Below are positions 36,169 through 42,081 of a stretch of 42,081 nucleotides of DNA, piece after piece. The first letter of the stretch is position 1, and each line of letters starts with the position of its first letter. The translations under genes were made by a program, and so were the position numbers. The stretch is from a virus (taxonomy: Duplodnaviria; Caudoviricetes): IMG/VR virus record IMGVR_UViG_3300010366_000020, positions 1 through 42,081 of that record. One strand, written 5' to 3'. The notes beneath the pieces are model-generated. The model ran no database searches. It was not told the origin of the DNA and saw only the letters and a program-made list of their open reading frames with translations.

Positions 36169-36409
36169 GCGGCACGTTCCCGTTTAACGGGATCACGTTG
36201 TCGTCCTCCTGGTACACGCCGTCGACGGCCTCGCACAGCACCCGCCTGCGGCGTTCCTGTGCCTGCTTTTCGGTGTCGGCCAGCAGGTCTGCGTACACAT
36301 CGGCGTAGACCACGGACGTCTCCGGGGGTGGCGCCTGACGTGGGGCGAACCGCTCGAAGGTCAGTTCGCGTAGGAGTTCGTCGAGGGTCCGAGGCTCGGG
36401 TCGGATCAC
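36165..36409 (-). CDS. Hypothetical protein (apparent 1-nt frameshift near its end)
   Basis: VIRPEPRTLDELLRELTFERF...; adding one A at CCG TTA AAC gives ...VIPLKRERAA* with an ATGA overlap to the next gene. Confidence 0.5.
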
Positions 36410-36606
36410 GCTGCCACCTCGCTCAGGTCGAAGTCGAACAGGGCCATCTGGTCTGGGTGGGTGTCGTGCTGGTGGTGATCGACGTGCACCGCCGGTGTCC
36501 GCGGGGTGTGGATCCGGCCGCCGCAGCGTGGGCCGATGCGACGCCCGGCGTATGGACTGGCCGCGCCTATCGGGTGGCCGCAGACACGGCACGGGACGGT
36601 ATTCAC
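36406..36606 (-). CDS. Small zinc-binding protein (DUF6011-like)
   Basis: CRVCGHPI...IGPRC motif; GTGA-coupled. Confidence 0.55.
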   Translation of the reverse strand: MNTVPCRVCGHPIGAASPYAGRRIGPRCGGRIHTPRTPAVHVDHHQHDTHPDQMALFDFDLSEVAA

Positions 36607-36929
36607 GCCGCCTGCCCCTGCTGGGTGCCGTCGAGTTGCGGGTTGCCGACGCCGGGCGGGATGTGGTGGCGTCGGCGCATCTTCCGCACCGCTGCCGGTG
36701 CCGGCTCGGCCCACGCTTCGGCGACGAGCACGGTCGGTGTGTCCCGCCAGCCCGGTAGGTCGCCTGTTTCCTGGATCGACCAGTGGGGCCAGCCGGTCAG
36801 GTGGGCGCCCGTCGCGGCGGCGAGCGCCGGCAGTTCCGCGGCTGCGGTGTTGACCATCTCGTCGTAGGTGGCGTCCGGGTCCCGGAACACGGCGACGTCG
36901 GGCGGCCCGGTCAACGGCGAGGTGATCAT
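36603..36929 (-). CDS. Hypothetical protein
   Basis: ATGA-coupled chain. Confidence 0.55.
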   Translation of the reverse strand: MITSPLTGPPDVAVFRDPDATYDEMVNTAAAELPALAAATGAHLTGWPHWSIQETGDLPGWRDTPTVLVAEAWAEPAPAAVRKMRRRHHIPPGVGNPQLDGTQQGQAA

Positions 36930-37240
36930 GGTGTGGCCGCCTTGGGTCGTCCCGGGCGGCGAGCGGCCTGCCCGGTGCCGGGGCAGCGAGGCGTGTGCCG
37001 CTCCGGGACCGGCCGACCGTCCTTGTCGAGGAGCGGCTTCCCCGTAGCAGGGTCGCGTTTGGCTCGGATGTGGGGCCCGGCCGCATCCGGGTGGGCGAGT
37101 ACCTTCCGACCGGCGGTCAGGGGTAGCCGCCCACGTCCGCATACCGGGCAGGTACCCACCGCGACAGGCGCGGCGGGTGCGGCGGGCGTCGCCGCCGAGG
37201 CGGTGAACGGGGACGCGACCCCCGTGGGCACCCCGGTCAC
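36926..37240 (-). CDS. Hypothetical protein (CPVC...H...CPG)
   Basis: GTGA-coupled chain. Confidence 0.55.
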   Translation of the reverse strand: MTGVPTGVASPFTASAATPAAPAAPVAVGTCPVCGRGRLPLTAGRKVLAHPDAAGPHIRAKRDPATGKPLLDKDGRPVPERHTPRCPGTGQAARRPGRPKAATP

Positions 37241-37482
37241 GGCTGCCCCCCGGCGCCGAGCATCGCGCACAACTCGGCCCACTCCTCGGCCGCGACCCGG
37301 GCCTGCGGCGGCTGCGCCGCCACGTCGACGTCCACATCGAGGCCGTGGACGCCCGCCGCGTATTCGGCGAGTACCCGCCGCACCTCGGCGTGCTGGCGTT
37401 CCCGCCACGACAACGCGTCGCCCACGCGCTCCCGCAACCGTGTCACGTCCATGCCGGCGGCGATCTCGGCGTGGGAACCCAT
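37237..37482 (-). CDS. Hypothetical protein
   Basis: TGATG-coupled. Confidence 0.55.
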   Translation of the reverse strand: MGSHAEIAAGMDVTRLRERVGDALSWRERQHAEVRRVLAEYAAGVHGLDVDVDVAAQPPQARVAAEEWAELCAMLGAGGQP

Positions 37483-37826
37483 CAGGCCACCGCCCCTGCG
37501 GCGACCTGGATCAGTACATCGGCGTGGCACGGAAGGTTGAGCGAGCACCAGCACGCGAGGTCGCGCCCGGCCAGCTCGGCGCGGGCCGCCTCGATCAGGT
37601 CGGGGCGCCCGCGTAGGTACTCGCGGTACCGCTGTACCGCCTCGGCGTGCGCCTGCGGGGTGTGGACCGCCGGCCGGTACGGGTTGGCGAACTTGCTGGG
37701 GGCCGAGACGACGACGGCGCCCAACGGCTTGCGCCATCCCGTGGTGCGTCGTAGCTGGATGCGATGAGGAAACTCGCTGCAACCAGGGTTTGCCTCATTA
37801 CATCCCGCGGATATCTTGTTACTCAC
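37482..37826 (-). CDS. DUF4326-type protein
   Basis: RIQLRRTTGWRKP...PSKFANPY...ELAGRDLACWC...CHADVL. Confidence 0.85.
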   Translation of the reverse strand: MSNKISAGCNEANPGCSEFPHRIQLRRTTGWRKPLGAVVVSAPSKFANPYRPAVHTPQAHAEAVQRYREYLRGRPDLIEAARAELAGRDLACWCSLNLPCHADVLIQVAAGAVA

Positions 37827-38542
37827 AGCAGGGCCTCAAATCGCATCTCGTAGTCCGAGTACCAGTGCTCGTTGTGTTGAAGAGCAAGATCAGAAAGGTC
37901 ACTCCACAGGTCAGGAAGAGCGACCATCCCCAACTCAATCCACGGGAACGGGTCACGATCCCCCTTTCTGCTGTTGCAACTCACACACGCCGGAACCAAG
38001 TTGGCTGGCGCCGATCGGCCACCGCGGGCGACCGGCCAGATGTGGTCCCAACTTCCCCGCCATCGGCCACATCCGTAGGCGCAAGCACCGGAGAAGTCCT
38101 CAACGCGGTCGGTCGCCCACCACGCCGGAATCGGATCAAGTCCACGGCGGCGAGCTTTTGTCCGCGCCCTTATCGGCGCCGGGTTGGCCGCGTAGTGTTG
38201 GCGGTACTCGGCGTTTAGATGAGTCCGGCAGGCACCTTGTGACACCGAGGCCGAAGGAAGCCACGCCTGGCAGCCACGACACCAAGCGAATCCAGCAGCG
38301 GCCTGAACGCGACGCTCGCGACCACCCGGACCATTGCTCGTCCGCCTGATGTATTTGGACTCGCGACAGACAGATGAGAGTCCGTCGCCGCGAGAGCGGT
38401 CCGCGCCAAAGTCAGCGCGCAACTGCCATGTTTTGCAGCGGGTGCACCACTTTTCACCAGCATCGAGATGAGCGAGGTATTCGTCGAAAGGGAGACCCGC
38501 TCGTGTGGCAGTCGCTTTCAATGCTCCAATCGCGCTACCCAC
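37823..38542 (-). CDS. HNH endonuclease with zinc-finger repeats
   Basis: CAYGC...DHIWPVARGG...NLVPACVSCNSRKG; KWCTRCK and WCRGCQ repeats. Confidence 0.88.
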   Translation of the reverse strand: MGSAIGALKATATRAGLPFDEYLAHLDAGEKWCTRCKTWQLRADFGADRSRGDGLSSVCRESKYIRRTSNGPGGRERRVQAAAGFAWCRGCQAWLPSASVSQGACRTHLNAEYRQHYAANPAPIRARTKARRRGLDPIPAWWATDRVEDFSGACAYGCGRWRGSWDHIWPVARGGRSAPANLVPACVSCNSRKGDRDPFPWIELGMVALPDLWSDLSDLALQHNEHWYSDYEMRFEALL

Positions 38543-38987
38543 GGCGGTTCGCCGTCTCGTCCACCGCATCCCGGTCCCGGCGGGCCTGCCACCTCGCCAT
38601 CGTGGTCAGGGCCACGTCCAGCAGCTCGTAGTCGACATCCCCGTCACCGGCCCACGCCTGCTGGAGCTCGTCGACCTCCATCTCGATCACGGCGCGGGCG
38701 TAGCTGTCCGGTACCTCGGGGTGGATGACTGCGGCGTCGCCGTGCTTGCTGAGCGCGTGGCGGGCGCGGGCCTGCAACGTGGTGATGGTGGTGGTGTCCA
38801 GCGGCCCAGACATGGCTGCCAGGCGCCGGTTCACCACGGCGAGTTGGCGACGCAATTCGGTGTTGCGCCCGGCCACACCAGCAGCCCACGTCTCCAGGCG
38901 GGCCAAGTAGTTCGCGAGTTGGGGTGGCACGGTCACACCGTCCGGGCGTACCGGGCAGGTCGTCGGACGAGAAAGCTCAGGCGGCAT
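38535..38987 (-). CDS. Hypothetical protein
   Basis: Coupled 150-aa ORF. Confidence 0.6.
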   Translation of the reverse strand: MPPELSRPTTCPVRPDGVTVPPQLANYLARLETWAAGVAGRNTELRRQLAVVNRRLAAMSGPLDTTTITTLQARARHALSKHGDAAVIHPEVPDSYARAVIEMEVDELQQAWAGDGDVDYELLDVALTTMARWQARRDRDAVDETANRRG

Positions 38988-39765
38988 TGGGTACCGCCCG
39001 TCGCCTGCGGCGTCCCGAGTACCAGGGCAGCGCGATCCCGTCGTCTTCGGCGCGGGGCACGATGTGGGCGTGCAAATGGAACACGGACTGTGTGGCCTCC
39101 CGCCCTGCTGAGGCGATCAAGTTGCAGGGCCTCACCGCGATTTCCGCCGCGCGCGCCATCACCGCCCCGGTGATCCGGGGGACCGTCGTGAAGTCCTCGA
39201 CGTGTTCGACCGGGATGACCAGCAGGTGTCCATCGACGACGGGGTTGAGCGGGATGATCGCCACCGCGTCCGGCCAGCGCCGGACGACGGTCGCGGGCTC
39301 GTCGCCTCGGATGATGCGGCAGAACACGCACGCCTCAGCCATGGCGTTGTCCTTCGGTCGCGTCCGGCGCGACGGCAGGCTCGGCGGAGACGACCGGACC
39401 TCCAGGGCGCGTCCACGCCGAAGCGCCTCGACCAGCTCGGCGACACATGCGGCGTCGACGAGTTCGCGTAGCCGGTCGCGGTCCTGCTCGACGTCGTCGC
39501 GGTCGGCCTCGGCCGCCGACAGTGAGGCCCGCATGTCGCCGAGTTCCCCTTCGCGGGCCGAGGCCTCGGCCTCCAGTTCGGCGATGCGCTCCTTCAGCGA
39601 TCGCCGGGCGGCACGCCACACCCGGTCGACGGCGGCGCGTAGCGCGCGGTGCGATGCCGGCTCGGTGGTGGCGTATTCGTACGCCTCGATCGCGAACGCC
39701 TGCACCTCATCCGGGGCGGTGGTGAGGTAGACGTCCGGGATCGGGTCGGCGGTGGGGTCGGTCAT
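38977..39765 (-). CDS. AIEAYEYAT coiled-coil region in frame with HIT hydrolase (copy 2; internal start at 39342)
   Basis: CVFCRII...GHLLVIP...QSVFHLHAHIVPR; GAAGGA RBS before internal ATG 39342. Confidence 0.85.
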   Translation of the reverse strand: MTDPTADPIPDVYLTTAPDEVQAFAIEAYEYATTEPASHRALRAAVDRVWRAARRSLKERIAELEAEASAREGELGDMRASLSAAEADRDDVEQDRDRLRELVDAACVAELVEALRRGRALEVRSSPPSLPSRRTRPKDNAMAEACVFCRIIRGDEPATVVRRWPDAVAIIPLNPVVDGHLLVIPVEHVEDFTTVPRITGAVMARAAEIAVRPCNLIASAGREATQSVFHLHAHIVPRAEDDGIALPWYSGRRRRRAVPNAA

Positions 39766-39989
39766 CGGTTCCTCCTGCGGTAGGCGATGTGCATCGCGGA
39801 CATGCGGCGCCGGTGCGCGGCCAGGAGCTCGGTCACCGCGGCGACGGTGCTGTGCGGGTTCGGGTCGGCCCAGATGGCCTGGAGTGCGCGCATGAGGGTG
39901 GGACCGGCGGGGCGGCCGTCGACGGTGGCGATGATCAGCCGGGCAACGAAGCGGGGCTCAACTGCGGTGGGACCGCCCGGGTCAGTCAC
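39762..39989 (-). CDS. Hypothetical protein
   Basis: Coupled 75-aa ORF; AAGGAG RBS. Confidence 0.6.
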   Translation of the reverse strand: MTDPGGPTAVEPRFVARLIIATVDGRPAGPTLMRALQAIWADPNPHSTVAAVTELLAAHRRRMSAMHIAYRRRNR

Positions 39990-40143
39990 CGTTCGACTCC
40001 TTCGGTTCGGTCTTGATCGCCTTCCAGCGGTACCCGTACGCCTCGGTCCATTCGCCGTCAGGCAGCCGGTCGTGGAGCTGGCCGATGGTCTCGGCGGGTT
40101 CGTCTACGAAGCGGACGGGCGGCTCCCAGTCGCGGGCGGTCAT
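39982..40143 (-). CDS. Hypothetical protein
   Basis: GAGGAGG RBS, ATGA-coupled. Confidence 0.55.
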   Translation of the reverse strand: MTARDWEPPVRFVDEPAETIGQLHDRLPDGEWTEAYGYRWKAIKTEPKESNGD

Positions 40144-40343
40144 TGGTCCTCCTCGGCGGGCCAGCAGCGTGGGCACCAGACGGCCTGGTGGCGCTCGCGG
40201 GCGGTGGTGGCGGTGGTGGTGGTGAGTCCGGTTCGGGTGCTGCGTCCGCAGCGGGTCTTCGCCTGGGTGGCGAGGCGGTGGGCGGTGGTGCCGCGGCGTG
40301 CGGTGGCGATCCACACCTGCTCGTGCTCGGTCGGGCCGGTCAT
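40140..40343 (-). CDS. Small H-C-CxxC zinc-binding protein
   Basis: AH...TRCGR...WCPRCW; ATGA-coupled. Confidence 0.55.
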   Translation of the reverse strand: MTGPTEHEQVWIATARRGTTAHRLATQAKTRCGRSTRTGLTTTTATTARERHQAVWCPRCWPAEEDQ

Positions 40344-40669
40344 GCGGCACCGGCCAGGCGTTCGCTGCGGCATGGGCCGCAGGTGGTCGCAGGTTGGCCG
40401 CGGTGGCGCTGGCACTGGGGTGCGGCTCGGCGGCGTTCGGACTCGGCGAGTTCCCACCGTTCGCGGGCTCGGCGCGCGTCGGCGCACTGGCCGCAGGGTG
40501 GTGGGTCGGGGGTGTCGAGGTGTTTGGGGCATTGGGGTGGGGGTTCTGCGCTCGCGTGCGCGACACCGTGAGCTGATCCCCTACCTGTACCCCCTTTAGG
40601 GTCGGGTCGGGTCGGGTCGGGGCGATTCGGATGGGAGTGGAACGAGTCGTCCACCTTGAACCAGGTCAC
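40340..40669 (-). pseudogene. Internally deleted actinophage replication-initiator-like gene
   Basis: N-terminal MTWFKVDDSFHSHP joined directly to C-terminal PDPTRPDP...CPKH...PCGQCADARR. Confidence 0.65.
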
Positions 40670-40756
40670 GGCTCTCCATCTCGGATCGTTGGTTGATGTT
40701 GCTGGGCTGTCCGGCCCGGCCGCAGGGAAGGGCGGCCGGGCCGGGACCCGCAGGGC

Positions 40757-41185
40757 TCAGTCCTGCACGAGCCGGATCTCATCCGCCTGCTCACGCTGGC
40801 GGCGCACCACATAGGAGCCCGGCGCAATCCCGGCGTAGCCGTGCTCCGGGTGCGCCAGATAGCCGACCGCACCGTCGGCGACGGTCAGCACGCCCAGGTC
40901 CAGCTCGCCGGCGCGCGGGCTGCCCGCGTCGTAGAACACGTCCCCGGACGGCAGCAGCAGGTGGGTGTTCCCGCCGTTCTCGCCACGCACCACGGCCACA
41001 CCGTGGCCGGGCACCGCGGTGGTGGCGTGGCGACCGGACCGGCCGGCCATTGCCGCGGGGATGACGATGATGTCGCCCTGGCGCTGCAGCTCGGCGCAGA
41101 TGGGGACGGTGATCTGCCGGTCGAGGTGCTCGTCGACCTGGACGCCGTGGGCGTCGACGAGCTGCGCGAGTGTTGCTGTTGTCAC
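40757..41185 (-). CDS. Conserved partner of DUF6745-type protein
   Basis: QRQGDIIVIP, GENGGNTHLL and HPEHG...PGSYVVRRQRE motifs; AAAGGAG RBS. Confidence 0.75.
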   Translation of the reverse strand: MTTATLAQLVDAHGVQVDEHLDRQITVPICAELQRQGDIIVIPAAMAGRSGRHATTAVPGHGVAVVRGENGGNTHLLLPSGDVFYDAGSPRAGELDLGVLTVADGAVGYLAHPEHGYAGIAPGSYVVRRQREQADEIRLVQD

Positions 41186-41233
41186 GGTGTTGCTCCTTTC
41201 GCCCGTCCACTGTGGACGGGAGTCGTAGGGGGT

Positions 41234-42081
41234 TTAGTACGCGTACTGGAGTTGGGCGTAGTCGGAGGGGTTGAGGCCGAACGTCCACGCTGCTGCGGCG
41301 AGAGGGCCGGGGATGGATGCGGGGACGGTCAGGCCGAACCGGCGCCGGGTGCCGTCTCGTTCGACGGTGGCGTTGGTGCATAGCAGGACGCGGACGGGTT
41401 CGTCGTAGATCTGTTCGGGTACGTCGTAGAGGGCGAGGTGGTGGCCCGGGTTGCCGGGGTCGGGGATGGTGTCGCCGACCTGGGTCAGGTGGGCGTCGGC
41501 TATGAACTGGTCCCAGCCGAGCTTCTCGATGGCGCAGCGGCGGATTTCGGCGTTGGGTTCGCGCAGGATGTCGTTGGTGGTCCAGTGGCCTTCGATGAGG
41601 TCGGCGGGGACTCGTGTGCCGTGCCAGGCGTGTACGGCCCATCCGTCGGCGTAGGCCACGGCGGGCCCGGTTTCGTGGTGGAGGCGGCCTTGCGTGTCGC
41701 GGTGCAGGGCGGTGGGCCGGTCGGTGAGGATCGCGACGCCGGTGTAGGGCCACCACCAGCCGAGGTCTGCGGTGTCGAACAGCGCGTTCAGGCGTGCGTC
41801 GAGTTCGGGTGGGTAGGTGGCGCCTAGGGTCCGGCCGTGAGCATAGAAGGCGAGCCAGGGTAACTCCTGGCCGCCCCACACCGCGTCCCTGAGCTGGTCC
41901 CCGAGCTGGCCCCTGAGCTGGTCCCCGAGCTGGTCCCCGAGCTGGCCCCTGAGCTGGTCCCAGAGCTGGTCCCAGAGCTGGTCCCCGAGCTGGTCCCCGA
42001 GCTGGTCCCCGAGCTGGTCCCCGAGCTGGCCCCAGAGCTGGTCCCCGAGCTGGCCCCTGAGCTGGCCCCCGAGCTGGCCCC
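41234..42081 (-). CDS. DUF6745-type protein with tetrapeptide repeats (5' end beyond window)
   Basis: GWWWPY, RDTQGRLHHETGPAVAYADG, NAEIRRCAIE and AAAAWTFG motifs; the frame stays open through (G/R/W)(D/G)QL repeats. Confidence 0.8.
   Translation of the reverse strand, partial: GQLGGQLRGQLGDQLWGQLGDQLGDQLGDQLGDQLWDQLWDQLRGQLGDQLGDQLRGQLGDQLRDAVWGGQELPWLAFYAHGRTLGATYPPELDARLNALFDTADLGWWWPYTGVAILTDRPTALHRDTQGRLHHETGPAVAYADGWAVHAWHGTRVPADLIEGHWTTNDILREPNAEIRRCAIEKLGWDQFIADAHLTQVGDTIPDPGNPGHHLALYDVPEQIYDEPVRVLLCTNATVERDGTRRRFGLTVPASIPGPLAAAAWTFGLNPSDYAQLQYAY
41891..42081. repeat. 12-bp coding tandem repeat GAGCTGG(T/C)CCC(C/T/A), 15 full units plus a partial unit
   Basis: Read directly; encodes GDQL/RGQL/WDQL/WGQL/GGQL. 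Confidence 0.95.

Noticed and set aside
35663-36592. 309-aa ORF and the 433-aa ORF 34687-35988 as real full-length genes
   Set aside because: They run across other better-supported genes and promoters and are explained by frameshifts and over-extended starts.
28954-39342. HIT repeats as a DGR template/variable pair
   Set aside because: Differences are not adenine-specific, both copies are coding, and there is no reverse transcriptase in the window.
41891-42081. Possible CRISPR array
   Set aside because: 12-bp head-to-tail units without spacers, in frame within a CDS; no cas genes.
1-42081. Integrase, att site, lysis cassette, tRNA genes
   Set aside because: None recognisable in this window; prophage versus free phage cannot be decided from the sequence shown.

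Overview
A GC-rich actinomycete siphovirus-type (pro)phage segment, almost entirely on the minus strand. In transcription order (right to left): (1) Early/accessory region: DUF6745-type tetrapeptide-repeat protein plus partner, an internally deleted Rep relic, two copies of a HIT-hydrolase module, HNH, DUF4326, a divergent RHH/GIY-YIG cassette, Rep plus DnaC/IstB-like loader, and a tnpB-only IS200/IS605 insertion. (2) A putative late-control locus. (3) A displaced tailspike-like gene. (4) Packaging and head genes: TerS, TerL, a portal-Nudix-MuF fusion, XkdF-like protease, scaffold, major capsid and a double-HNH endonuclease. (5) Head-tail and tail genes, ending in a minor tail protein that runs off the left edge. 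The standout is a 270-aa intein in TerL with no in-frame homing endonuclease; a complete endonuclease VII gene is instead nested inside it in the -1 frame. TerL is also split by a -1 frame break at G_GGA_AAA in its Walker A motif. No integrase, lysis, tRNA or CRISPR features were seen. All family assignments come from motif recognition by eye, not from database searches.
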